DNA of 64,000 bases from Utricularia gibba (Eukaryota > Plantae > Magnoliophyta). The stretch spans positions 1,550,001 to 1,614,000 of the forward strand of contig NEEC01000020.1 of assembly GCA_002189035.1 (NCBI GenBank), read 5' to 3'. The notes under the pieces are model-generated. The model saw nothing but the letters and a program-made list of their open reading frames with translations, was not told the origin of the DNA and made no database searches. The number at the start of each line of letters is the position of its first letter. Position 1 is the stretch's first letter. The translations under genes and the position numbers were made by a program. This document shows positions 1 through 11,811 of this stretch, in pieces.

Positions 1-359
1 TTTTCTATTTCATTTAGTTTGGGCCAAGTAATGTTAGAGCCCAATTCTAAAGTATAAATACTCTAAAGTTGTACTCTTTTATAACTTTTAGTTCATTTCA
101 TATATGTTGTGAGGATTCTCTTCTTCTTTAAGTGTTTGAATACTCTTGACTTATGAAGCTTTGAGCTTGTGGTGTTCTAGGATTATCACTTCCAATCTTC
201 TCTCTTTTCTGAAGTGTGGCTCTTAATTTTCTTTGTTTCGAAGTCTAATTGCAAGAGATTCATTCTCTTGAGGATAGACTTGGGTGGTTTTCTTTTTAAG
301 CTTCAAAATCACCTCTTGTTCGTCGATTGTTAATCTCTATAGATTAGAGGGTCACATCA
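1..359 (+). mobile_element. 3' part of an LTR (solo or 3' LTR), CRM-like Ty3/gypsy family, same family as the element at 49686
   Basis: 181-359 aligns by eye with 49686-49835 (gattatcactt.caat...ttagagggtca.atca). There the homolog is followed by a tRNA-Met PBS; here no PBS follows. Confidence 0.7.
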
Positions 360-840
360 CAAGATAAATAACTATGTGGAATGTCAGAGTAGATGCCGGG
401 GATCCAATAGGAAGATGCGAATTTTCCCTTCGGAGGTTACCGCCTAAGTATGTGTTTGGGCCTTGAAGACTTAACTTGTACAGTTCATGCAACATAAGAC
501 TGGTTTTATTATTGAGTGTACACTAAAGATGTCACTGGGTCTCGGTATACCTGGACCCGAACCGAAACTAACCCGAATGGGTTCGGTTTCGGGCCAAGAA
601 GTGCTAATTTTTTTTCGGGTTCGGGTTGTTTTACATGGACCCAACAAGCTATCGGTCATGTTTGGGCTTAGCTTTCTAAAACCTGTTGATCCGGATCTGA
701 ACCGATGCATAAATATTTTTAAAATATTGATAACATTTAATTTCTTAATGGGCTTAATAATTAATATATCCTTAACCCTAATTAATCCTTTCAACTTCTA
801 TATCCTTAACCCTAATTCATCATTTCAACTTCTAAAATCA

Positions 841-1039
841 TCACAGTGGAAACTTGAAGAGTATGTACTACATCATTTTCGAATTTCTATTTTGCAACAC
901 TTTCGTTTGTGGTGAATATTTTTTGTTTTGTTTGTTTCATCACAATGGAAACTTGAAGAGTATGGACTACATCATTTTCAAATTTCTATTTTGCAACACT
1001 TTCATTTGTGATAAATATTTTTTTTTTGTTCGTTCAATA
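841..1039. repeat. Two-copy ~99-bp direct repeat inside the hAT 5' region
   Basis: tcaca(g/a)tggaaacttgaagagtatg(t/g)actacatcattttc... starts at 841 and again at 940. Confidence 0.9.
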
Positions 1040-1509
1040 GTTATATAATTATTTATTATTTTTTTATGTGAACTACCTTTTTTCCTGTTTTTTGTTTACG
1101 TGTGCCGAGCGGTAGATGGTTTCTTATTGTGCATTTTTCCTGTTTTAGTTTTAGGATTTAGGGAGCCATAGATTGGTTTTTTAATGGCTAGTGACACTAG
1201 CTAGTCAGCACACCACACACCATTCGAATATGGAAATAAAATTATTTTTTTTTTTACAAAAGTTTCTTATTTTTCAGAAACTTTGATTTTTGATATTTTA
1301 ATTTTACAATTTTCAATTTTCATGAGTTGAAATTTCAGTGTTTTTTCATTCTAAAACTCTAAATTCCTAATTCTAACCTTTATGTTTGTATTTTTAATTT
1401 CTTTAGATGACATCTCAGCAAGACAGTTCACTAACATCACTTCCATTATTGGGATCTCCAGATCAAGGTAGCCGTGGAGTTGATGATGATAATGACCTAG
1501 TGAAAGCTG

Positions 1510-3436
1510 TTGAAATATGACAATGGAATCTCTAAAAAAAGAAAACTAAAATCTGAGATATGGGAGCACTTCAAGCAATTCCATGATGATAAGACAAATG
1601 AATGGAAAACTCAACGCAATCATTGTCAAAAAGTCATGAGTGGAGACACAAAAACTGGTACGTCATCTTTGAAAAGACATTTTAATGATACATGTCCTTG
1701 GACATCAGATACTATGAATATTAAGCAAGTGATTTTGAAGATGGGAAATGATAAACAAAAAATATTGCACGTCATTAAAATGTAAATTTCTTTTATCAAA
1801 TAAAATTTATAAACCTGATTCACATCAAATCATATAAAATATATGTATATAGTGGATTAAAATCGAACATAAGGAGCTAGATGATTACTATATGAAAGTC
1901 AATGCATACAATCAGTATCACGTTAATAGATTTAGTCTTAACTAGGACTAAGGCATAAGTATGATAAAATACAGTAAAGAAAAGTAACAAACTTCTCAAC
2001 TTGGTTATTTTTAAGATGAAATGGGTGATGTCTTGAGATTCCTAGGAAATGTATGCTTATTATTAAACACGCTCACATAAACCATAAATTAAACAACTAA
2101 TAAACAAAGTCTAAGTCTACCTCTCATTAGGGTTATTAAAATGGGTTTCACTATTTCCCCCCTTTGGATCTATCTTGATTTGTTAAGGAAGTGACGTGAC
2201 TTATGAATGATTAAGTCTAAAAATTGATTAGCACATTTCTCTCCTTTTCACCCCAAGTAACCCCTAAGTACTTAGCCACTTATAATAAGGGAAATAAGAG
2301 CGTTTTTATAATACATCCTAAACAACATTTTGTTCTCAAGGCTAAATAACAACATAAGATACGTAACAAAGCATAAACAGTAAGTTGTTCAAGTAGGGAA
2401 AATGAAAACTAGTCTCAGCTAAGAACAGTGTTCATCAATAACAAAAGTAAATCTTCAAATGGAAACTTATTCTTCTGAATCGCCGTCCCCTCCTTCTTCC
2501 CTCTAGAAAAATTCTCTAGAAACATGTGTCGTGTGCCCCAATGGGGGAGCTCTTGTTTCTCTCTCTATCTTGTCCCTTTTTTATCCAAAATCCTCATTTC
2601 TCATCTACTTAGATTTTGTGTTCTTATTTTCAGACTTTTATCTTATCCTTTGTCATTACACTATTCATATCTGACTCCTTGGGATTTGTGTTGCCGATAT
2701 ATGTTGCATTATTCAAAGAAAACTATTAGAAGTAAAGTTAGGACTAAATCAAAGATTTAGTCCCAACTAAGATTAAAAAAACACAACTACGGTATTATGT
2801 GCAAAAATATAGAATTAGATAGTAAAGTTTAAATATTAAAGTACAATATGAGTCATTTCAATATATTCAATTACTCAAAAATATGTGTTATCAAGAAACT
2901 TTTGAAATATTGCAAAATTTGTGTTTGATCAAGATCAGTCAACAGAAAACTTTGCAAAAATGATAATATTGCATGATTATATACTAAGTATGGCAGATCA
3001 TGTTGGTTTTAAAAATTTGTGTATTAGTTTGAATCCAAGTTTTAAAACTATTACGAGAAATACATTCAGGCATGACATTCTTACTCTTTATACCAAGTAC
3101 AAATCCATGTACTACAAGGAGTTAGAAAAGGTAAAAAGTCGAATTGGTGTAACGACTAATATGCATACATCTCAGAATAACAATAAAGGATTTATGGCAA
3201 TTACGGTTCATTACATTGACGAGAATTGGTCATTGAAAAGTTTTATTCTAAGGTATGTTTTATTTGATGAATATGATCTTAATAGTGATTATTGGCTATT
3301 GTACTTTAAATTTAATGTAGTATTTTTTTTCAGATTTGTATATCTTCATGCAACACATATAGTAGAAGCAATTTTTGAAGTTGAAGATGAAAAAATAGAA
3401 TCGTATGTTCAGGACTTAGATAATAAAATAATTTAG
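1510..3436 (+). pseudogene. hAT transposase remnant (BED finger and N-terminal catalytic region), split by a solo LTR
   Basis: 1510-1748 gives SEIWEHF...HCQKVMSGDTKTGTSSLKRH (BED-like). 2921-3436 gives FDQD...MIILHDY...TRNTFR...TTNMHTSQNNNKGFMAITVHYIDENWSLK. The C-terminal part is absent. Confidence 0.85.
1749..2893 (-). mobile_element. Solo LTR, Athila-like family A
   Basis: Termini TGATAAAC...GTGTTATCA; flanks GGAAA/AGAAA (5-bp TSD, 1 mismatch). Similar to 11812-12986, 42486-43325 and 58919-59677. The hAT transposase continues on both sides. Confidence 0.85.
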
Positions 3437-3759
3437 AATTTTTGATAATTTTATTTAATTTAAGTTGTTGAATTAAATTTATTTTTTATATTAATTTTGC
3501 TATCATATTATTTTAAGGTAAAACATAAAAAAATTTTGAGAATACCAGAACTCAACCCCGCCCATTGACATCTCTAGACCAGACGGTTGCGCAAGATTTC
3601 GTACCATTGCGAAACCTCGTAACTGCAGCACAGCAGACTGAAGGGAAGGGAAGGTCATCCCAATGCAACTACGAGCCTCCGTCTTCTTCTTCTCTTACTG
3701 CACAAACATGTAGTAATAATTATTAATATGATTTCAAATGTCAGTTTTCAGAGACTTAA

Positions 3760-3908
3760 TTGACGCAAGTCAAGGAACGCGACGGGGAAGAAGATAATCA
3801 TGATTGGCAACCGGTTGCTCTCCAAGGCAATTATTATTTTTAATACAGATTGTCTTCATCTGAATGCCTTCTCAACTCCAACTACGCAATTATTATCTTT
3901 GGTTGACC
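3760..3908. promoter_or_regulatory. Candidate defence-type cis-elements upstream of the LecRK (W-boxes, TGACG)
   Basis: TTGACG at 3760, AGTCAA (revcomp TTGACT) at 3768-3773, TTGACC at 3903-3908. Short motifs, so chance occurrence is possible. Confidence 0.3.
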
Positions 3909-4047
3909 GACCGGCGACCGGTGTCTCGCCCCAAAGCCAGCCAGCCTACGCATCTTCAGCAATTAACACGGCCTACTAATTTGCCGCTGCCATTTGCTTC
4001 CTTCTTGTGAGTCCTTCAGACTTCATAATTAAGCTTTATCCCACCCC

Positions 4048-4746
4048 ATGCCTATGCCTCCTCTTTTCCTGTGTCTTCTTCCTTTCATTTTGCGGATCTT
4101 CCCCTCATTGGCCGCATCTTCCTTCTCCTTCAATGGTTTTAAACCTTCAGATCTCGCCCTCGACGGTGTAGCGCAAATCCAATCACACGGCCTGCTCAGG
4201 CTATCCAACGACAGCGCGCTGACAACCGGCCACGCCTTCTACCCAACCCCTTTTCAATTCAAGGATACGGATAACTCTTCCGTTTATTCCTTCTCCACCC
4301 ATTTTGTCTTCCAAATTGTTCCAGAAACTAGAGCAGTCTGTGGACAGGGGATTACTTTCGTCCTCGCGCCAACCAGGGGCCTACCTGGCTCTTCACCCAG
4401 AGGCTATATCGGCCTTCTCAACGCGACCAACAACGGCAACTCTTCTAATCACATCTTCGCTGTTGAAGTTGACACCTTTTTGAACCCCGAGTTCAATGAC
4501 TCAAATGCTAATCATGTTGGCATCGACATCAATAGTATGTTCTCCATCAAGAGCTCTCCCGCTGGATACTATGATGATCGAAATGGAGATTTTGTTTCCC
4601 TTGGACTCAACACTAGCACACCAATGCAACTTTGGGTTGACTATAATGGGGCCTCTGGAACCATTGAGGTCGCTCTGGCTCCCATGAACACTACCAAACC
4701 TAGAAGACCTCTCATTTCAACGAGGTACGAGCTTTCCCCATCTTAA
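4048..4746 (+). CDS. N-terminal ORF of the split LecRK: signal peptide plus legume lectin domain (232 aa)
   Basis: ORF track; ends at TAA just after the C-run frameshift. Confidence 0.6.
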   Translation: MPMPPLFLCLLPFILRIFPSLAASSFSFNGFKPSDLALDGVAQIQSHGLLRLSNDSALTTGHAFYPTPFQFKDTDNSSVYSFSTHFVFQIVPETRAVCGQGITFVLAPTRGLPGSSPRGYIGLLNATNNGNSSNHIFAVEVDTFLNPEFNDSNANHVGIDINSMFSIKSSPAGYYDDRNGDFVSLGLNTSTPMQLWVDYNGASGTIEVALAPMNTTKPRRPLISTRYELSPS

Positions 4747-4754
4747 ATCAGAAT

Positions 4755-6023
4755 ATGTATGTGGGTTTCTCAACGGCTGCCTTTGTAACTTCACACTACG
4801 TGATGGGGTGGAGTTTTGCCATCAATGCCCAGGCGCCCCAGTTGAATCTCTCTAAACTTCCCAAGGTTGGGCGTCAGAGACCGTCCAGAGTTTTGGTATT
4901 TGGGTTGCCCGTTATTCTCGTCGTTTTATTGGCTACGCTTGTCCTTGTTATAACCTTCTATTTCACAAGGAAGCGGAAGTACTCGGAGGTGATGGAAAAT
5001 TGGGAACGAGACTACGTATCTCATAGATTCAAATACAAAGATTTGTATGCCGCCACCAAAGGCTTTAAAGACGACCAATTGTTGGGAAAAGGAGGATTTG
5101 GGAAAGTTTATAAAGGCTTATTATGTGGCTCCAACACTCAAGTCGCTGTGAAGAAGATTTCTCACGATTCAAAACAAGGGAACAGAGAATTTGTATCTGA
5201 AATATTTAGCATTGGGCGTCTTCGTCACCGAAATCTAGTACCTTTGCTAGGCTATTGCAGACGACAGGGAGAATTCCTTTTGGTGTATGAGTGTATGCCC
5301 AACGGGAGTTTGGAGAAACATCTTCATAGCGAAACAAACTCCAACCTCAGCTGGGCACAAAGATTTCATATCATAAAAGGCGTGGCAAGTGGACTTGTTT
5401 ACCTTCATGAAGAATGGGAGCAAGTTGTGATCCATAGGGACATAAAACCTAGCAACGTGCTGTTAGATGAGAAATGGAATGCAAGATTGGGTGACTTTGG
5501 CCTCGCAAAACTACAGGATCATGGCTCCGACGCATCAACCACGAGACTTGTCGGAACTATTGGCTATGTTGCACCAGAGCAAATACAGACAGGCAGGGCC
5601 ACCAAGAGCAGTGATGCGTATGGTTTTGGTGCCTTGTTACTCGAAGTTGCAACTGGTAGGCGACCCATAGGATTACAAACTTCGCTAGCAGACTGGGTTT
5701 ATTCTATGTGGATTAAAAATGAAATGCTAGGTGCCATGGATCCGAAGTTGAACGGTGAGTTCCCCAAGGATGAAGCGGAGTTGACGCTGAAACTTGGATT
5801 GATGTGTTCTGATCTTCGGCCTGAGGTTCGGCCAAGCATGAGAGACATTGTGGCGTATTTCGAGGACCCATCAACGTTGCAAGTACAGGAGTTTTCCATT
5901 CCTCGGGACACCTCGTATTCCCATGGATTTAACCAAGTTCCTCCATTGTTCCTGTCGCCGTCATCAATTACCATCTCGGGGGCCTTCTCCATTTCAAGTT
6001 CGCTTGTTGCTGGAGGTCGATGA
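4755..6023 (+). CDS. C-terminal ORF of the split LecRK: last lectin strand, TM helix and Ser/Thr kinase (422 aa)
   Basis: ORF track; all catalytic kinase motifs are intact and there is no internal stop. Confidence 0.6.
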   Translation: MYVGFSTAAFVTSHYVMGWSFAINAQAPQLNLSKLPKVGRQRPSRVLVFGLPVILVVLLATLVLVITFYFTRKRKYSEVMENWERDYVSHRFKYKDLYAATKGFKDDQLLGKGGFGKVYKGLLCGSNTQVAVKKISHDSKQGNREFVSEIFSIGRLRHRNLVPLLGYCRRQGEFLLVYECMPNGSLEKHLHSETNSNLSWAQRFHIIKGVASGLVYLHEEWEQVVIHRDIKPSNVLLDEKWNARLGDFGLAKLQDHGSDASTTRLVGTIGYVAPEQIQTGRATKSSDAYGFGALLLEVATGRRPIGLQTSLADWVYSMWIKNEMLGAMDPKLNGEFPKDEAELTLKLGLMCSDLRPEVRPSMRDIVAYFEDPSTLQVQEFSIPRDTSYSHGFNQVPPLFLSPSSITISGAFSISSSLVAGGR

Positions 6024-8458
6024 GAACATAAATTCAAGTATCACGTTGCCGATTCCCAAACGGTAGAAATGGGGGTTCAAAAGATAGGAAATGTATTATG
6101 GGTAGGCGCAGCTGCATGCTCCACCAATCAACAGTTGATGCCTTCAGTTTACGAATTCCCATGTTTTATTTTTTTTTCTTTTTTACAAGTATGGGTATGG
6201 GATGATGATATGATCTACAATACTAAATGCCCACCTCTTTCATTGACGACTTTGGGTCAATCCCCTGGAAATCACCTCTTTCACCCATGTGTTGTGTAGC
6301 GTTGGCAGGGGATTATCTTTCCCCTGCAAATTTCCTCTTTAAATACAACACGGGGGCCTTTTCTTCTTTCTTCTTTCTTTCACCAGGCTGGCTTCTTTTC
6401 CTAAAAAGATGCTGAGGTTGGTCACCGGAATCCCGGGACCAAGCGGCTTCGGAACAGGTTACTCAGGGGATTGACTAGTGGTATTAGTGGATAATCCGAT
6501 TGGAAATGATAATAAAATGCACATGTCGTAGCTCTAAGATGCATTTGGACATAGTACACAACCACACATTACTCTATTTCATGTATGTGGAACAAACCCA
6601 CAATCAGAGTTATGTCCTAATACGAAAATGAAATGGATTCAATAAAAATTTTGTAAAACATATTAATAAAGTAGAATCATATTATGAGTTGTTTCATACC
6701 CTAAATAAACTTGAACACTCAACAGATCCATTGGAACAGTAGATACATATCTCTTAAAATATCAACGCAATCCTCGGCTGTGGGAGCAGCAGCCATTTGA
6801 TTAGGCTTACAACCATCTTAGGATACATTGAGTGTATCTTATACGCATATCATACTTTACTCAAGTGACATTAAATCTATACTTCATAAAATTTCGATCT
6901 AGTAATAATAAATAACTAGTATGGAATAAAAATGCACACTTTAAAATATTTGAGTGAAAATATATATTTAAAACTTTGATGAAAGTTAGGGAATTTTTGT
7001 ATCATCAAAAACATTTTGGGGTAAAAATATATTTTTCAAACATATGTGACATATTTAAACATTTTTATAAATATTTTGGGGCATTGTTGCATCTGTGTGT
7101 AAATTTTGGAGGTGAAGTGTGTCACATTAAACTCTTGAGGCATTTTTGATCATGTGTGTGAATAGTTGGGGGTAAAAATAAACCTGACCTAGTTAGAATA
7201 TATCAATCTAAACTGCAACTTAAATTTTTACTATTGTATTTTCGATTGGAATTCCGATGTATGTATTAGTGTTTCCTTTATTTTATTGATTTTATTTAAA
7301 TATGTATTTTTAAAATTTATTATTGATGGGGCACAACAATTGTGACTATTATTTTCCATAGGGATTACAATATAAGTAACATTTGTAATATTCTGGATCA
7401 TTATTTTTGAATAGAAATGGATTTCAAATCAAAATGAAAACAAAATTCTTATACCTGACCTCAATTATCATGATTTATATTTTTATACCTGACCACAACA
7501 AAGACAAATCATATATTTAAATTGCAAAGGGCAAATATATTTTGAGGTAGTTCAACTTTAAGCTCGATAAACGTAATATGATGTTATTATATAAAAAAAA
7601 GTGGTATTTTTTAATTAGAAAATGAATATCATGACCCAAACCTTATTAATTATTAAAAAATTATTTTCTCGATCAGTTATTCAAAAAAATTATTGCTTGC
7701 ATTTTTCTAATAGATGGGTAAATACAGCAAATGTGCATTTGCAATGCTTGAATTTTTTTTTTTTTATAAAGAAACATTACCACCTCAATGCATAGTTGAA
7801 GCACTTGCAATTTTTTTTCATAAATGCGCAGGCACCACAAACGAACATTTACAGTGATTGTGAAAATTTTAATTTCTTTATAAAAAGCATACGCACTTTA
7901 ATGCAGCATTTGTGGTGCTCACAATTTTTTAAAAGAAAATGGGAAGGCAACGTCAGTGCACATTTATTGTGATAATTTTAATTTTTAGAGAATGGGGTCG
8001 CCGAGTTTAGTGCAATCCACACACCCTCAACTTATTTTTTAAAAAATAAATTACCATGTTGATTTACAAGAAAAAAAAAATTGAAAGACATTCAATGAAA
8101 TCTTTGAAGTTTTCCATTAAAGTAAAAAGGAAAAGAATGAATAATTATTTGGATTTGATTATCGCATTCGCCAACTTGGTGCATTAGGGGCCAATGAATT
8201 ACTAATTTTAGAAAATTAGGTCATGCGGTTTAATGCAATATGTACTGACCTTGTTTTTTTTTATTAAAAAAAATATTTTTTAAAATAAATCACCACTTTG
8301 ATTTACAAAAAAGCATTTGAAAGATCTCTAACGAAATCTTTCAAATTTTCTATTTAATTATAAGAGAAGAAGAAATATAAGTATTTGAGGGCCAATGAAT
8401 CACTAATTCGTGTAGTTTGATTCAATACATGAAGCTAATAAACGTAAACAGACCCTTA

Positions 8459-9055
8459 GGTAGCATTTGGTTGATGGGAGTAGGATAAAATGAGTTTAGT
8501 TTATTTGCATTTAAATAAAGTTGATGTATTGGGATTAATTTTTTAAGTAGTATTTAGTTATTTGGATTAAAATTGGGATAAAAGCAGTATTTTATAAAAT
8601 TTTGGAACTTATTTTTACTTTTTAAAATTAATTTAGAAAAGTATAAATAAGAAGTAAAATAGCCAACTACTTACTTTTTCAAAAATAATTTTTGTAGTAT
8701 AATTTTCAAAGTATTTGTTGATATAATTACTTTTACAATTAGAAGTGTTTTAGAATAAAATAATTTTTATTTTTGAAAAATAGAATTTTTTTTAAAAAAT
8801 ATTCCAAAATACTGTTTAAATGATTTTAAGTAAAGGAAAGGAGGGGTTTGGTTTTAAATAAATCCGCATACATGGAATTAAAATCCCATGTAATTTGAAG
8901 TTTATTTAAATCTATTAGAAAGTGAAACAGGGGCGACAAAGCCGCTATGGCTACTATTCTTCGTGGCCTTTGTTTGCACTTATTCATCAATTAAATATCT
9001 TATAATTTATAATCCAAATTTTAGACCCATATAATCCCATAAATCAAACACACCC
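8459..9055. mobile_element. Old Tourist-like (PIF/Harbinger) MITE
   Basis: Degenerate TIRs GGTAGCATTTGGTTGATGGGA and revcomp GGGTGTGTTTGATTTATGGGA (15/21). TTA on the left, TTT on the right. AT-rich interior. Confidence 0.45.
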
Positions 9056-9149
9056 TTTAGATGTTCATCACATCATGCACATCATTTCCATTCTCAAAGC
9101 ATTAAAAAGGCTAAACAATATGAAGCTAATAAAAATAACAACATATCCA

Positions 9150-9450
9150 ATGGAATTTTTACTTGAGTAGTGAGCTGGATTTGGAGTAACTATTGAAGCC
9201 AAAGAAGATCAAAACCTTGCTACACGATTCTTCAGCCATAAGATATGACCTGAATCACTTGAGAAACAAAAACATTTCATGATGAACTGATTTCGTGAAC
9301 AAATGAAGAGCAATGCACCATAAAGAATCTCCCTCCTTGATACCATCCATTGATTCAAAACCTAAACAACATTTCTACATTTTGAACATCTCCTTTAAAG
9401 TAATATGGTAAATATTGAAATCATCGATTGGCCTTTAAATTTAGCAAGTG
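9150..9450 (-). pseudogene. Possible remnant of a Harbinger-type Myb/SANT accessory ORF (C-terminal part)
   Basis: Minus strand translates to ...EGDSLWCIALHLFTKSVHHEMFLFLK..., resembling the C-terminus of plant Myb/SANT transposon proteins. Weak, by-eye match. Confidence 0.3.
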
Positions 9451-9999
9451 AATCAGTGTTGCTAGAGCATGCTTTCTTTCTTTTTGGAAGATGTGAATTG
9501 CAGTGGGGAAATTACATTTCGTACCCATATTGTATACTTTGTTTGCACAATATACTCATATCTTTTGAAATTACACTACACCCATTATTATAATCATTAT
9601 TGCATATCATACTATCCACACGCTGGTAAATACTATGTGCCTCCAAAATTAATCTGTTCTCACAAAAGCTCACTAGGCTTAGCTTGAAGAATATTACCGT
9701 GAGGGATCGTTAGGAGCAAGAAGACTGTACTCATATCTGGCTTTAATTTTTTCCTTTGCATCACAGTTAAGTAAGAATTACTTTATCATCTTTGAAAATT
9801 GCTCCATTTATGCTACTATTAATATTCTTTTCTTCCTCCTATTTCTACCGAAGGAGAAGTAGCTCACCCATGAAGCCCTTGTTGATGTATGTGTTCTAGA
9901 GACAATCAATTCATTGACAAATCTTATCCTTTGACGTTTACCTTGAATTGTGATCAAGTTTACATCATTGATAAAATCCTCTACTTGATCTATGTGCTA

Positions 10000-11030
10000 T
10001 AGAAATTATGATGAGATCATAATGTGAGATTTTTCAAGCATTTATATTCAAGTTAAAAACTTCCTAGCTAGAGTATTTGTGAAATAAAGATATCACAAAA
10101 ACGGATAAGTTGGCACACATTGAGTTCCCTAAACTATTTAGGCAATGGTTCTTACAATTGATGTAATGAGATTACTAAAACCTATGTGTGGGTGTCAATT
10201 AGAGAATCGATTCATTGGATAACTCATCTTCGAGATGCTACTATGAGAAGCTAACCAAGTGTCAGTAGCAAGATCTCGAATATGACAGCTGTGAAAGTAA
10301 GCTTAGACTTGAGTTCAACAAAGTTATCTTGATCGTAAACTCATATTTTCGCTCATTACTAATGGAAGCCTAACCATGGCTTGCCTAATATGGATGAGTA
10401 AAGATGTGACTCCTTAAGGTTGGAGATAGTTGATTGATCAATAAAGTATTTATCACTCATGTTAGCGATGAGATCATATTTCAAGTAATTGCATCAAAGT
10501 CTAACAATAAGTCCTAGGCCCAGGGTAATGACACTCGAATTGTTTGAGTAGGTCATTGAGTGTTAGTGCTTGAATGTAATTATAAGTTCGATACATCATA
10601 AAGACACACACCCATGTTCTGGTATCGAATGAGATATAAGTATGATGAAGCTGTTCATTGCATGGGGGCTGGTCATGGAAAGTCTCAATCAATTCACCTG
10701 ATTATTCTTTAATCTTGGAGATTGTGATATGTTTCTAGACATCACTCATGATTGATAATGATGGATTTGATTGATTAAGAGTTAATTAATAAATCTATTA
10801 TTACGGTCTTCATTGAAGAAACCTATAGGGTCACACACAGCAGTGAAGTCACTCATCGATATAAAATAGAATGGCACAATTACATGAGATATAATTGGTA
10901 AAGTGGATAAATTAAATAGAGAACTATTTCGAAATTAATATTGATTAAACTCAAAATAGATCTTTATGGAGATTAATATTGATTAATGATCTCATATAGA
11001 TATGATTTGATATTTCACAAAATATCTATT
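10000..11030 (+). mobile_element. Ty1/copia (Angela-like) LTR fragment
   Basis: Contains the motif gaaacctatagggtcacacac (10800-10820) and a general layout I associate with Angela-type LTRs. No coding capacity; ends not defined. Confidence 0.5.
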
Positions 11031-11279
11031 AAAAGGCATTTTTCTCTAGTAGCACCTGAGAAATTCGACCAGCATTCAAGAGCCTTGAGAAGGTTATCGA
11101 CGGAGTGCTCCACGTGTGAATACCATAGAGGCCATATGCTATTGGTGGTTGGGGAACAACGGAGTCATCTGAAAGGTATTTTGAACATCCTTTTGTCTGA
11201 TGTATATCGTATTCTAAGATCTACGTTTGAGGTTTTTCAAAATTTTTAAAATTCCGCTGCTTTTGAGACATACGATGTC

Positions 11280-11811
11280 TATGAGAAACTCAACACTTTA
11301 TTGAAGACAGCATGGTGGAAAGCAACTAGAGCAGCCACTCCTGAAATTTTTGACATCGCAATGCAAGAATATAAAGCTCTTGACTTTATTTGTCCTCGTA
11401 TTCGTAAGTTGTTTGATAAATCTGTTGAAAATGCAAAGCATTGTACACCAAATCCTAGCAATGATCTTATTTGGCAAGTTACTGTAAGGTTAACTCTTGA
11501 ACAAGTTTGTGTTGATCTAGCATTGAAATCATGGTCATGCTGAAGATGAGAATTTAGTAGAATCCCTTGTAGCCATGCTATTTGTGCGTTATGGGCCTCT
11601 AGGGAGGATCCCTATAGGTGGATAGATCAGTACTACACTGTGCAAGTACTACACTGTGCAAGCTTACCGTGTTGCTTACAAAGGTTTTATTATTGGCAAA
11701 CATTCATCTGAATACTAGCCTTGTGTTGATAAACCATCTCTAGAAGTACCATCAGCAAGGAAAAATATTGGCAGACCATCCAAAAATAGAAAAAGATTAT
11801 CAGATGAACCT
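11280..11811 (+). pseudogene. MuDR/Mutator transposase remnant (SWIM zinc finger and C-terminus)
   Basis: LKTAWWKATRAAT..F..AMQEYK; VCVDLALKSWSCxRWEFSRIPCSHAIC; RKNIGRPSKNRK...DEP. Frameshifted. Confidence 0.8.

Larger units (their letters stand above)
524..3576 (+). mobile_element. Degenerate hAT DNA transposon
   Basis: Imperfect TIRs TAAAGATGTCACTGGG (524) and revcomp TAGAGATGTCAATGGG (ends 3576), 14/16 match. Subterminal acccga/ttcgg motifs at 550-700. Internal transposase remnants. Flanks GTGTACAC/GACCAGAC do not form a TSD. Confidence 0.7.
4048..6023 (+). pseudogene. LecRK: L-type (legume) lectin receptor-like kinase with one apparent 1-bp frameshift (pseudogene or sequencing error)
   Basis: Signal peptide, legume-lectin motifs (SFSTHFVF, AVEVDTF, NHVGIDIN), TM helix, and a kinase with GKGGFGKVY, VAVK, HRDIKPSN, DFG and APE. 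Adding one C to CCCC at 4736-4739 gives ...ELSPILNQNMYVGF... and a 658-aa protein. The symbol is family-level only. Confidence 0.92.

Noticed and set aside
471-915. Overlapping ORFs of 107 and 142 aa
   Set aside because: They translate hAT TIR and subterminal repeats; no protein motifs.
6930-8400. Mutator-like TIR fragments and degenerate direct repeats in AT-rich DNA
   Set aside because: ggggtaaaaat motifs and repeats (8041/8283, 8189/8390) are visible, but no paired TIRs or TSD could be defined.
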